DNA of 64,000 bases, taken from positions 111,700-175,699 of the forward strand of contig JAWLDA010000001.1 of NCBI GenBank assembly GCA_041686855.1, in the 5' to 3' direction. The translations under genes and the position numbers were made by a program. Positions within the stretch are counted from its first letter, which is position 1. Each line of letters opens with the position of its first letter. Positions 38,844-48,303 of this stretch are shown here, in pieces. Under the pieces are notes generated by a model that saw only the letters and a program-made list of their open reading frames with translations, had not been told where the DNA came from and ran no database searches. The stretch comes from Limnochordia bacterium (GTDB taxonomy: Bacteria > Bacillota > Limnochordia > DTU080 > RSA5).

Positions 38844-39020
38844 CTCGGAGTCTGGAAACCTGGGAGTCTCGGAACCCCGGAGTCTGGAAACCTGGGAGTC
38901 TCGGAACCTCGGAGTCTCGGAACCCCGGAATCTCGGAACCCCGGAATCTCCGAACCCTGGAATCTCCGAACCCCGGAATTCCGGAATCTCCGAACCCCGA
39001 AACCTCGAAGCCTCGAAGCA
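38844..39020. repeat. ~16-bp microsatellite (GGAATCTCSGAACCCY / GGAGTCTCGGAACCYC), ~11 copies
   Basis: Direct head-to-tail 16-bp periodicity seen in sequence. Low-complexity ORFs on both strands are considered artefacts. Confidence 0.75.
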
Positions 39021-39181
39021 GCGATTTTCGCCTCCATGTTTCGACCAGTCCCGGTAAATACCCAAAAGCTTTTAGAAAGACAAGGAAGAACTGGTCCGTA
39101 GGAGAAAAGTGACAAACAAGTGTATTGGGGGAAATTGCAACAAATCGACACCTACACTTCACAAAGGAGCGAGTCACTAAT

Positions 39182-40216
39182 ATGAAGGCCGGTATCGTTG
39201 GAACTGGTTGGGTTGCTGGCGAGCACGTAGCTGCCTATCAGGAGAATCCGCACATCGAAGTGAAGGGGATCGCCAGTCGCACCCGTGAAGGCGCCGAGGC
39301 TAAAGCTGCTGAATGGGGCTTCGACGGCAAGGTTTACGACACGGTCGACCAACTCATCGAAGATGACGAGATTAAGGTCGTCTCCATCTGTTCGCCACCG
39401 GATGTTCACGCCGAACAGGTCATCAAGTGTGCCCAGGCCGGCAAGCATGTTGTCATTGAGAAGCCTGTCGCCCTCACCCGTGAGGATGTATGGGCCATGG
39501 AAGAGGCCGTCGCCAAAGCGGGCGTCAAGAGCGTCGTCAGCTTCGTGCTACGGTGGAATCCACTCTTTGAAACGATCAAGGCTTTGTTGGCGGACGGTGC
39601 GCTCGGCAATGTCTTTTACTCCGAGTCTGACTATTGGCACTGGGTAGGGCCGCACTACAAACAGTATCACTGGGCCAAGACCAAGAAGGCCGGCGGGAGC
39701 AGCTTGCTCTCTGCGGGTGTTCACGCTGTCGATGCGCTCCGGTGGTTCTCCGGTGAGATTGTCGAAGTGAGTGGATACTCCGCGCCCAAGTGGGAGGGCT
39801 CCGACTACGAATTTGATCCTAATATCGTAGCTGCTCTCAAGTTCGAAAACGGTGCGATCGGCAAAGTCTCGTCGTCGCTGGAGTGCCAAACGCCTTACAT
39901 CTTCAACATTCAACTCATGGGTGACCAAGGCACGTTGCGCAACAACAAGCTCTTTAGTAAGTCCAAGCTGCCGGGGCAGACGGATTACGCCGAGATTCCG
40001 ACGATCCTGCCTGACAGCGGTGACGTGACACATCACCCGTTCAAGGGCCAGATCAACCACTTTGTTGAGTGCATCCTGGAGAATAAGGAGTCGCACTGCA
40101 ACTTAGCCGATGCTGCCAAGAGCATGGATGTCTGCTTCGCAATTGACGAATCCATTGCCACCGGCCGACCGGTGAAGCTTCCGCTGGACCGTTCGAGTGA
40201 GAGGGTTGGAGCGTGA
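39182..40216 (+). CDS. Gfo/Idh/MocA family oxidoreductase
   Basis: MKAGIVGTGWVAGEHVAAY Rossmann motif. IEKPVA motif. AAGGAG 13 bp upstream of Met20. Confidence 0.85.
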   Translation: MKAGIVGTGWVAGEHVAAYQENPHIEVKGIASRTREGAEAKAAEWGFDGKVYDTVDQLIEDDEIKVVSICSPPDVHAEQVIKCAQAGKHVVIEKPVALTREDVWAMEEAVAKAGVKSVVSFVLRWNPLFETIKALLADGALGNVFYSESDYWHWVGPHYKQYHWAKTKKAGGSSLLSAGVHAVDALRWFSGEIVEVSGYSAPKWEGSDYEFDPNIVAALKFENGAIGKVSSSLECQTPYIFNIQLMGDQGTLRNNKLFSKSKLPGQTDYAEIPTILPDSGDVTHHPFKGQINHFVECILENKESHCNLADAAKSMDVCFAIDESIATGRPVKLPLDRSSERVGA

Positions 40217-41502
40217 GTTCGGCCGTGCCGCAACGCGGAGACCAATCGCAGACCGCTGCGGCTATTGACGCGTGGGTCGACTCACACCGGGACGAGTTGC
40301 TGCGCGTCATGGGCGATCTGATTCAGATTCCGACGGAGAATCGACCGCCTGTCGGCGAGGAGCTCGAAGGGCAGCTATACTTCAAGAAGCTCCTTGAGCA
40401 GCACGGGGCCGAAACCGACCTCTTTTACCTGCACGATGTAGAAGGACTGGAGGAGCATCCGGTCTACTGGCCGGGGCGCGAGTACGCCAATAGACCCAAC
40501 GTTGTTGGACGGTTCCCGGGCAGCGGCGGCGGTCGGTCGCTTGGATTCTCGAGCCACATGGATACGGCGGCCCGTGATCCGTTGCCGTGGGAAGAGTCTG
40601 AACCGTTCTCAGGTGAAGTCAAAGGCGAGCGACTCTACGGCCGGGGTTCGTATGACATGAAAGCGGCCATGGTCTCGTCCCTCTTTGCAGTGAGGGCCGT
40701 GCGGGACCTGGGACTTCCGCAGCGCGGAGACGTCATCGTTGAGAGTGTAGTCGACGAGGAGTGGGGCGGCTCCAATGGAACACTAGCTGCCCGCCTGCGT
40801 GGGTACAACGCTGACGCCTTTGTGATCCCCGAGCCGAGTCACATGGTGATCTGCCCGGCACACCTTGGCGTCCGCCTCTTTCGGATCACGGTCCGTGGAC
40901 AGGACGGGATGCGCTTTGGTGGCGAGGGACTGGCCAATCCGGTCTTGGCAATCTCTCGTGTGATTCGCGCTTTTGAGGAGTTTGCGGCCACGCGTCAGTC
41001 GGCGCCGTTACCGCCAATCTACGCCGGCGGCAATCCGGCTCCCATCGACATTCAGGGCGTACATGCCGAAGGGTACGGTGTGCCGCGGGAGTGTACGCTC
41101 GACTTCAATGTGCACTGCATGTTGGGTGAGACGGAAGAGTCGTTGAACCGCTCCGTACAGCAGTTTGTGGAGTCGGTCAAGAGCCACCCTGACCTGCAGG
41201 GGGTCGAGATCAAACTCGAACCGACGTCTCGATTCATTGAGCCGACGTCGATTGGCGCCGATCACCCCATCGTCGCTTGCGCATCAGACGCGATGAGCGA
41301 GGTCCCAGGTCGGGAGGTCGTGGTTAGGGGCGCCCCCTTCGCCTGTGACGGGTTCGTCTTTAACAGGCACTCGCCGAGCCCCGCGCTCATACTGGGACCG
41401 GGCGGCGCACGTGCGCATGCGGCCGACGAGTTCGCTCTCGTTGAGGATCTCGTCGATTTGGGGCGGGTGTACGCGCGGATGATCACATCGTGGTGTGGCT
41501 AA
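40213..41502 (+). CDS. M20 family metallopeptidase (ArgE/DapE/acetylornithine-deacetylase-like)
   Basis: SHMDTA and GRGSYDMKAA motifs, DEEWGGSNG segment. GTGA overlap with the preceding Gfo gene. Confidence 0.8.
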   Translation: MSSAVPQRGDQSQTAAAIDAWVDSHRDELLRVMGDLIQIPTENRPPVGEELEGQLYFKKLLEQHGAETDLFYLHDVEGLEEHPVYWPGREYANRPNVVGRFPGSGGGRSLGFSSHMDTAARDPLPWEESEPFSGEVKGERLYGRGSYDMKAAMVSSLFAVRAVRDLGLPQRGDVIVESVVDEEWGGSNGTLAARLRGYNADAFVIPEPSHMVICPAHLGVRLFRITVRGQDGMRFGGEGLANPVLAISRVIRAFEEFAATRQSAPLPPIYAGGNPAPIDIQGVHAEGYGVPRECTLDFNVHCMLGETEESLNRSVQQFVESVKSHPDLQGVEIKLEPTSRFIEPTSIGADHPIVACASDAMSEVPGREVVVRGAPFACDGFVFNRHSPSPALILGPGGARAHAADEFALVEDLVDLGRVYARMITSWCG

Positions 41503-41525
41503 ATGAAGAGCGCGGATAATTGAAG

Positions 41526-41578
41526 GGCGCTGACGTGGAATGGCACTGACGAGGGCGCTGACGTGGAATGGCGCTGAT
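41526..41578 (+). promoter_or_regulatory. 24-bp direct repeat x2 (GGGCGCTGACGTGGAATGGCRCTGA) upstream of hypothetical gene
   Basis: Two near-identical copies separated by 4 bp, 20-70 bp upstream of the 41596 start. Candidate regulator binding site. Confidence 0.35.
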
Positions 41579-41595
41579 GAAGAAGGGCTCGTGAG

Positions 41596-42762
41596 ATGAC
41601 GATCAATGCGTGTATTCCTATCGCCGTTCAGGTGGTGATCGACGACGTCGGCTGGTGGTCGGGCGCGAACGATAGTGAGCGGGGCGGTCCCTACCGCACG
41701 GGTATCGATCGGGATCACGTACCCGCAGATTACGAAGCGATCGTTGAGTTAGGCAGGCGGCTCGGGGTGCGTCCCCAGGCCGCCCTCATCCTGTGTGAAT
41801 GGGACCGGACAAACATATTGCGCAATCTCCCGACAGCAACGTGGATGGGCGCAGCATGGGATAATCGCAAGTGGGTCGGACCGTGGCTCGAGGAAGCGGC
41901 TCGCATCATGGGCGAGAACTCCGAGTACATAGAGTTGACGCTTCACGGCATCGGACACGAGTACTGGCAGGACGGCGCCTTTACCCGGGCGGAATGGTAC
42001 GATTCCGAGTATCGCATGCGTCCGGAGTCCGATGTACGAGCGCGACTCGAGCTCTTTGCCGAAATCATGCGGCAGAATGAGTTGGGACCTCTCCCGACCT
42101 CAATGGTGCCCCCTGCCTACAAATACCGCTTTCGTGATCCGAGCGGGTTTGCCTCGATGATGCGTGAGAACGGCATCCAAAGCGTTACGACGGTGACCCC
42201 GCACATGCTGAAGCACACCGGGCAAACGATGGAATCGCCCTGGTTTGGCATCGACGCCGGCCTCCTCATCGTTGAGTGGGGAGCGTCGGTGACGGGGCGG
42301 GGAGGCACCCTTCCCTGGTACGTGATCGAGCCCGACCTGTCGGAGACACGTGAAGTGGAAGGGCCGACCCTGGGACTTCACTGGCCCAACCTTCTTCACA
42401 CGGATCCGGCGCGCAACTCCGAGGTGATCGACCGGTGGGTGGCGTATCTTGGAGGGTATCGTGACCGCTTTGATCGGATGCTCGCCCGGGACTCAGTCCA
42501 ATGCCACACGCAGCTTTTGTATCAGTGGGGAACGGACGTAAGGGTCGACGACGAGCGCACGGTCCATTGCGATTTCACCCGTCTAGACCAGCTTGGCTAC
42601 CAAGGGCTAGGCGATGAGTTTGTCTTGCGCGTCGAGACGCCGCGTACAGCCTCTCGTACACTGCGATTTGCAGCAGATCTGAGCGCGACGCCTGTGGGAG
42701 ACGGAGCCGCAGGCGGGTTTGCATCCTTTAGAGTCCGGCGGCGCCAAGGCGCGGGAGCGTGA
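41596..42762 (+). CDS. hypothetical protein (Trp-rich, HGIGHEYW motif); no family recognised
   Basis: 388-aa ORF with good codon usage, sitting between the M20 and Gfo genes. I could not assign a family from sequence alone. Confidence 0.6.
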   Translation: MTINACIPIAVQVVIDDVGWWSGANDSERGGPYRTGIDRDHVPADYEAIVELGRRLGVRPQAALILCEWDRTNILRNLPTATWMGAAWDNRKWVGPWLEEAARIMGENSEYIELTLHGIGHEYWQDGAFTRAEWYDSEYRMRPESDVRARLELFAEIMRQNELGPLPTSMVPPAYKYRFRDPSGFASMMRENGIQSVTTVTPHMLKHTGQTMESPWFGIDAGLLIVEWGASVTGRGGTLPWYVIEPDLSETREVEGPTLGLHWPNLLHTDPARNSEVIDRWVAYLGGYRDRFDRMLARDSVQCHTQLLYQWGTDVRVDDERTVHCDFTRLDQLGYQGLGDEFVLRVETPRTASRTLRFAADLSATPVGDGAAGGFASFRVRRRQGAGA

Positions 42763-42837
42763 CGTAGACGAGGAGTACGAAAGGCGTCCGCCGGATGTTT
42801 GTCCGATGTGTGGTCAATGAGTTGAAGGAGGAGAAGT

Positions 42838-43845
42838 GTGGTGAGCTTACGGATTGGATTGGTTGGCGCGGGGGGCATCGGCGCCCACCATGCGGCGCGG
42901 TATTCCGAGGTCGAGAACGCCCAACTTACCGCTGTCGTGGACATCGATACGGAGAGGGCGAACGCCCTCGCTAAAGAGTACGGTATTGAGAATGTCTACG
43001 CTTCGGTCGACGAGGCGGTGGCGTCGGGCACCTTTGACGCCGTCGATATTTGTCTGCCGACCTGGTTGCACGCGGACGCCGCGGTGGCCGCTGCGAAAGC
43101 CGGGAAGCATGTCCTCTGCGAGAAACCGATGGCGACGACGCTTGAAGAAGGGGACCAGATGATCCAAGCGGCCCGGCAAGCCGGCGTCGTCCTTATGATT
43201 GCGCAGTGCCGGCGTTACGACAACTTTTGGGGCGCAGTGCGGGATGCATTGGCGGACGGCGCCATCGGCGGGCCCGTCGTGTGGCGGGATGTGAGCGGCA
43301 GTAACGGTCCTGGACCCGCGTGGTTCTACGATCGCCACAAAGGGCTGGGTCCGCTCGTCGACGGCGCCATTCACAACTACGACTTCGCCCGGACCATGTT
43401 TGGCGAAGCGACCTCGGTGTACGCTACCGGCCGCTCCTTTAAGGATGTGACCGCTGTGGATACAGGGATTGCGGTCATTCGGTTCGAACGGGGCGACGAG
43501 CTTCAGTTGACGTGGTCGTGGGGCCTACCCAAAGGGGTGCGGGCCAACGGGGGTCACGATATCTTGGGTCCCAAGGGCGTGCTCTTTTTTGCGCCACCCG
43601 CTTTTGTCAAGGCGCCGGAGTGCCCGGAAGGGCACCGTCAAGTGGTCGCGGTGCGCGAGGGCGGGGAAGTGGTTCCGTACCAGTATAAGGTGAACGACAT
43701 GTATCGCGAAGAGATTCAAGCGTTTGTCGACAGCGTCGCCGGCAAGCGCGAGGCTTACCCCGACGGCGAGGACGCCAAGAGAAGTCTGGCGATTGGCATG
43801 GCCGTCTTGGAGTCTGCAGAGAGTGGTAAGTTGGTTCACCTCTAG
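42838..43845 (+). CDS. Gfo/Idh/MocA family oxidoreductase
   Basis: LRIGLVGAGGIGAHHAARY Rossmann motif. CEKPMA motif. GTG start with GAAGGAGGAG upstream. Confidence 0.85.
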   Translation: MVSLRIGLVGAGGIGAHHAARYSEVENAQLTAVVDIDTERANALAKEYGIENVYASVDEAVASGTFDAVDICLPTWLHADAAVAAAKAGKHVLCEKPMATTLEEGDQMIQAARQAGVVLMIAQCRRYDNFWGAVRDALADGAIGGPVVWRDVSGSNGPGPAWFYDRHKGLGPLVDGAIHNYDFARTMFGEATSVYATGRSFKDVTAVDTGIAVIRFERGDELQLTWSWGLPKGVRANGGHDILGPKGVLFFAPPAFVKAPECPEGHRQVVAVREGGEVVPYQYKVNDMYREEIQAFVDSVAGKREAYPDGEDAKRSLAIGMAVLESAESGKLVHL

Positions 43846-43905
43846 ACAGGATTGCGGTTACACGCGAGTAGCGTTCAATGAGTAAGTAATAAGTAAGCGA
43901 TGAGC

Positions 43906-43934
43906 AGAGGCGCCCCGCCAAAGGGCGCCTCTGT
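43906..43934 (+). terminator. rho-independent-type terminator (CAGAGGCGCCC-N7-GGGCGCCTCTG followed by T-rich tract)
   Basis: Perfect 11-bp stem 60 bp after the Gfo stop, followed by TTACTACTTGTTCTCTTTCG. Confidence 0.6.
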
Positions 43935-44056
43935 TACTACTTGTTCTCTTTCGTGTTTCCGGCTTTACTCTTCTTTCTCGCTCTCTTCTTACTCTGCACT
44001 GCCATTAGGTTTGCCGGTCCGCCGGTCCGCCGGTTGTCTGTCGCAGGCCTCTGTGA

Positions 44057-45601
44057 TCAAGACTCTTGAAACGCTTGTAAAGGGCCGGCGTAGGGAGCGT
44101 GTTCGAAACGGCAGGGCGTTTCGAACACCCGCGGGTCGTCTTGCCCAGTGAGCACTTCCATGAGCTGGGCTGAGAGCTCGGCCTTCACGTTTTGGTACTC
44201 CGCATGATCCGCCACATTCACCATGTAGTGGCGGTCGGTGCGCAAATCGTACAACTCTTCTTTGGGCCGCTTACCAAAGGCCAAATCAAAGAGGGGTTTC
44301 ACCTCCTCGTCGCTTCGATGGTAAATCATCCAAGCCTTGGTAGGGCTGGCGTCCAAGTCTTTGTAGACGATCCTCGTATCCGACTTGAGCTGTTCGTAAG
44401 GGGGAGGCTCGGTATCGGGGCGATCTAAGCCGCCCGGATCCCCCATGGGCCAACGGTCCGGCTCGAAGTTGATAATGTAAAGATACTCTCCGGTGCGAAT
44501 CGCCCGCTGAGGGTAAGGGAGGCCACCCTCACGGGCGACGTGAACGTGGCGTTCCCGTCCGGTCACGACAAAGGTGCGATCCTGCTCGATGTGTCCACTT
44601 TCCCGGCTGGTGAGGATCGGCATCAGGCTGTGGGCGGTCATTGACTTGGGTACTTCTACACCTGCTGCCTCCAAAAAGGTGGGCGCAAGATCCATAATGT
44701 TGACGAAATCCTCGACCACACGCCCCGCAGCGACCTGCCCAGGCCAGCGCATCGCTAAGGCGACTTCACAGCCGATATCGTACAAGTTGCATTTAGCCCG
44801 CGGCATCCCCGGGATCCCGTGGTCTCCACTCACGACGACGAGGGTGTTCTCCAATTCACCCATCTCTTCGAGACGCTGTAAAATGACCCCGAGACCGGCG
44901 TCAAAGGCCAGCGCTTCGCCGAGGTAATCGCAGAAGTCTTCGCGCACCTCATGGACGTCAGGCAGAAACGCCGGCATTCGACCCCCCAGATCGTCAGGCT
45001 CCAGTCCCCACAGCGCTTTACCAGAGCCCTGCTCCCACGTGCGGTGTGTGTTGGTCGGTCCCCACCAGTAGCAAAAGGGTTTGCCCTTAGGCCTCGCAGC
45101 GAGAAAGTCGTCGAAGTTGGCGAGCACCTCGTCCAGGAGCTCCTGTTTTGCAGCATCGATGCCAATCTCTTGAGCCCGGTTTGTCGCATGATGGGAGAAG
45201 CGGTTGAAATGCGTACCCGCCTTGTTATACGCGGTGCGACTCCCTCCATGAGGGGCGTTCGCGGGTTTGCCGGGGCCCCAGACTTTGTACGTGTGACCGA
45301 TGTGGTATCCCGCCCGCTCCAGTTCCAGTGGATAGGAGGGGATCGTCTCGTCCCAGACTGCCCCTCGGAGAATCGCTCCCAGCCCGGTCTGCCAAAAGTA
45401 CCGTCCTGATAAGACCGAACTGCGGCACGGCGTACAGCTCGGCGCGGGCACATACGCGTTGGTAAAGAGGGCTCCTTCGCCGGCCACTCGATCAAAGTGG
45501 GGCGTGGAGATGAGATGGTTGACGGAATTGGGGGCTTCGTGCGCCGCATACGCACTGGCGTAGCGCCCCCAGTCATCGGCAAACGCAAAAAGGATGTTCA
45601 T
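44057..45601 (-). CDS. sulfatase (Cys-type formylglycine sulfatase), apparently cytoplasmic
   Basis: CTPCRSSVLSGRY sulfatase signature. No signal peptide. Start at Met19 (MNILFAF) with GGGAG upstream. Confidence 0.85.
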   Translation of the reverse strand: MNILFAFADDWGRYASAYAAHEAPNSVNHLISTPHFDRVAGEGALFTNAYVPAPSCTPCRSSVLSGRYFWQTGLGAILRGAVWDETIPSYPLELERAGYHIGHTYKVWGPGKPANAPHGGSRTAYNKAGTHFNRFSHHATNRAQEIGIDAAKQELLDEVLANFDDFLAARPKGKPFCYWWGPTNTHRTWEQGSGKALWGLEPDDLGGRMPAFLPDVHEVREDFCDYLGEALAFDAGLGVILQRLEEMGELENTLVVVSGDHGIPGMPRAKCNLYDIGCEVALAMRWPGQVAAGRVVEDFVNIMDLAPTFLEAAGVEVPKSMTAHSLMPILTSRESGHIEQDRTFVVTGRERHVHVAREGGLPYPQRAIRTGEYLYIINFEPDRWPMGDPGGLDRPDTEPPPYEQLKSDTRIVYKDLDASPTKAWMIYHRSDEEVKPLFDLAFGKRPKEELYDLRTDRHYMVNVADHAEYQNVKAELSAQLMEVLTGQDDPRVFETPCRFEHAPYAGPLQAFQES

Positions 45602-45792
45602 GCGTCCATCACTCCCAAAGATAGATGGGCATGCATTCCCGACCCGCTTTTTCAATCCCTTCGGCGCCTCGACTCCCGCTCGCGTCTCTTAGGCGCCTCG
45701 GGAAATGGGTCTTATTGCAGGGCTATAGAGGGATTGCGTAGATTGTTAAAGAAGCGGGAACGATCACACTCTTTGAAAAGGGAGAGAGGAAT

Positions 45793-46965
45793 GTGAGCTC
45801 CTCTGCGCGGCCGGTAACCGATCCCAATGCTCGCCGAGCAAAGAAGTCTGAGTATTACATTGTAGACTGTGATGTTCACCACACGTTTAAATCGATCAAG
45901 GAGTTGTACCCCTACTTTCCGTCAGTCTACAGGGAACGACTTGAGGAGTTTGGCGTCTCTCAAGGTGGTGGCCCTGGGTACCTTAACGGCGGCTATCGGG
46001 GACGGCGGGACGACTCCTTCCCCAAAGAGGGCCCCTCAGGCTCTGACTACGATCTACTGCGAGAGCAACTTCTAGATGAATTTGACATCGACTACGCCGT
46101 GCTCACAGGGGATAACATCGCCGGGCTGATGGCCGGACCGGACCCGGATTTTGCGGCTGCAACGGCCAGGGCATTCAATGAATGGACGTATGAGACGTGG
46201 ATGTCTAGAGACGATCGCTTCCTTGGTTCCATCTATGTCGCACCGCAAGATCCGCACCTGGCGGCGCAGGAGATTGACCGCTGGAGCGAGCATCCGCGCA
46301 TGGTCCAGGCGTACGCCATCGCAGGAGCCCGCTTCCTTTACGGCCAGCGCTACTATTACCCGATCTACGAAGCGTGTTGTCGCAACGGTATTCCCTTTGC
46401 CGTTCACGTCACGGGCGAAGGCTCCGGGATCAACCCACCACCGACGGCCGCCGGTTACCCCACCTACTACATCGAGATGCGGATGCTCCGCTCGTCGATT
46501 TTTCAAGCGCACATCGTCAGCATGGTGACGGAAGGGGTGTTTGAGCGCTTTCCCGATCTCAAGGTGAATATGATCGAGGGTGGGACTGCATGGGTGCCCG
46601 CCATGATGTGGAAGTTCGATCAGGATTGGAAAGCTCTGCGTGACCAGACGCCTTGGATTAAGCGGCGACCCAGTGAGTATATCAAGGAGCACGTGCGCTT
46701 CACAACCCAGCCGTTGGAGGAGCCGGAGAACCCCAAGGATATCTTGACGATCTTTGATTGGATGGATGGAGCAAGCACCTTGATGTTCTCCAGCGACTAC
46801 CCTCACTGGGATTTCGACTCCCCTGAGCGCACTTTCCCCAAGATGCCCAAGGATCAACTTCAGCGCATCTTGGCAGTCAACGCCGCCGAACTATACGGAT
46901 TGAAGCTCGAAGGGAAAGGGGCCTCCGAGACTGCCAGATCCCCTCGTTCTCCCCAGACCGCATAA
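45793..46965 (+). CDS. amidohydrolase-2 family metal-dependent hydrolase
   Basis: VDCDVHH N-terminal metal motif. HVTGEG, DYPHWD and TIM-barrel hydrolase pattern. GTG start. Confidence 0.75.
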   Translation: MSSSARPVTDPNARRAKKSEYYIVDCDVHHTFKSIKELYPYFPSVYRERLEEFGVSQGGGPGYLNGGYRGRRDDSFPKEGPSGSDYDLLREQLLDEFDIDYAVLTGDNIAGLMAGPDPDFAAATARAFNEWTYETWMSRDDRFLGSIYVAPQDPHLAAQEIDRWSEHPRMVQAYAIAGARFLYGQRYYYPIYEACCRNGIPFAVHVTGEGSGINPPPTAAGYPTYYIEMRMLRSSIFQAHIVSMVTEGVFERFPDLKVNMIEGGTAWVPAMMWKFDQDWKALRDQTPWIKRRPSEYIKEHVRFTTQPLEEPENPKDILTIFDWMDGASTLMFSSDYPHWDFDSPERTFPKMPKDQLQRILAVNAAELYGLKLEGKGASETARSPRSPQTA

Positions 46966-46988
46966 TCGAACAAATAACGTGACGGGGA

Positions 46989-47399
46989 GTGAATGAAGTG
47001 GCCACGCATACTCGACAAAAGCACGTGGTCTGTCGCACGGACGAGCTCCCTCCCGGGGAGCGGAAGATTGTGGAGGTGGCCGGTCGGTCGATCGGTGTGT
47101 TCAACATCGGTGGGACGTATTACGCCCTGCGCAACCTTTGTCCGCACAAGGGCGCTGAGCTGTGCAGAGGGAGGCTCACCGGTCTCATGTTGGGTGAGAA
47201 CCCGCAGGAGTTGCGGTACGAACGGGTGGGAGAGGTGCTCCGTTGTCCCTGGCACGGCTGGGAGTTTGACGTCAAGACAGGGAAGATGGTGATCCAGCCT
47301 GGGATGAGAGTGAAGACCTACGACGTCTCGGTGGAAGAGGTCTCCGTCGAACAATTCCATGTCTCCGTGGAAGGTGAAGCTGTCGTGCTCCATGTATAA
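46989..47399 (+). CDS. Rieske [2Fe-2S] domain protein (stand-alone)
   Basis: CPHKGAEL and CPWHGWEF Rieske boxes. 136 aa. Confidence 0.8.
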   Translation: MNEVATHTRQKHVVCRTDELPPGERKIVEVAGRSIGVFNIGGTYYALRNLCPHKGAELCRGRLTGLMLGENPQELRYERVGEVLRCPWHGWEFDVKTGKMVIQPGMRVKTYDVSVEEVSVEQFHVSVEGEAVVLHV

Positions 47400-47439
47400 A
47401 TGGAAGAGTATTCAAACTCCGACTCCTAGAGGAGAGATA

Positions 47440-48303
47440 GTGTTGAAGATCGTGGGTATCACCTTGCCCTACAGCCATCTGTCGTTTGAGCGGGCGCTGG
47501 AGGGGATTGCCAAGGCTGGGTATACGCACGTCGGCTTCGGACTTAAGCATTCCGGGGAGCTTGTGCCGCCCTTGGATGCCCCGGCGGCCGAGTGGAAGCA
47601 GGTTGCAGACCTGTGTGCCCGCTACGGTTTGACTCCGGCGTCTATCTTTGGTCGAGCGGGCGTCAAGGACGCAACCCAGACCGATCAAATCGACGTTTAC
47701 AAGCGGGAGATCGACGCGGCAGCCGGTGTCGGGATCAGGTACATAACCAGCGCGGGTATTTGGGGTTACAAGTCGTTTCCGGACGTACCGCTCACCGAAG
47801 AGGAGATGGCTGCGCCCCACGAGTCGTTTGTGCGGGCGATGCGGATACTCGGTGAGCACGCGCACCGCCAGGGTGTGACGATCGTCCTCAAGCCCCACAC
47901 GGGCGATACGGCGACGGCAGAGATTTTGCTCAAGACCTTGTCGGAGATCGGGAGCCCGGCCGTCAAGGCGTTTTACGATCCCGGGAACGTCCGTTTCTAC
48001 GAGGGGATCGATCCGGCGGAGGACGTGAAGCTCATCGAGGGTGATATGCCTCTGATCTGCGCAAAAGACCATCGTGGACCGCGCGCGGTAGGAGATTTTC
48101 CGATTCCTGGTGAGGGCGACGTGGATTTTCCCGCGATCTTTAGACACCTGCATGCGATTGGCTTTGATGGAATGGTGACGGTCGAGCGGGTCGACGGCAG
48201 CGACAAAGCCGCTGACCTCACCGCCGACGAGATTGATGCACGGATGCGGCGGGCCCGCGAGAATCTGGAGCGGATCGCGCGGGAAGCGGGGTATGCGCTG
48301 TGA
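47440..48303 (+). CDS. sugar phosphate isomerase/epimerase (xylose-isomerase-like TIM barrel)
   Basis: ITLPYSHLSFERALEGIAKAGYTHVGFGLKHSG is paralogous to the 54279-55124 protein. Start at GTG/TTG after AGGAGAG. The antisense ORF 47272-48153 is rejected. Confidence 0.8.
   Translation: MLKIVGITLPYSHLSFERALEGIAKAGYTHVGFGLKHSGELVPPLDAPAAEWKQVADLCARYGLTPASIFGRAGVKDATQTDQIDVYKREIDAAAGVGIRYITSAGIWGYKSFPDVPLTEEEMAAPHESFVRAMRILGEHAHRQGVTIVLKPHTGDTATAEILLKTLSEIGSPAVKAFYDPGNVRFYEGIDPAEDVKLIEGDMPLICAKDHRGPRAVGDFPIPGEGDVDFPAIFRHLHAIGFDGMVTVERVDGSDKAADLTADEIDARMRRARENLERIAREAGYAL

Noticed and set aside
38741-39112. 123-aa ORF (and minus-strand ORFs 38692-39177, 38822-39151) across the 16-bp microsatellite
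   Set aside because: The translation is a low-complexity artefact of the repeat (PESRNPGISE...). No RBS. Overlapping ORFs occur in three frames.
44097-44126. Inverted repeat GTTCGAAACG...CGTTTCGAAC as a terminator
   Set aside because: It lies inside the 3' coding region of the sulfatase gene (minus strand), not in an intergenic position.
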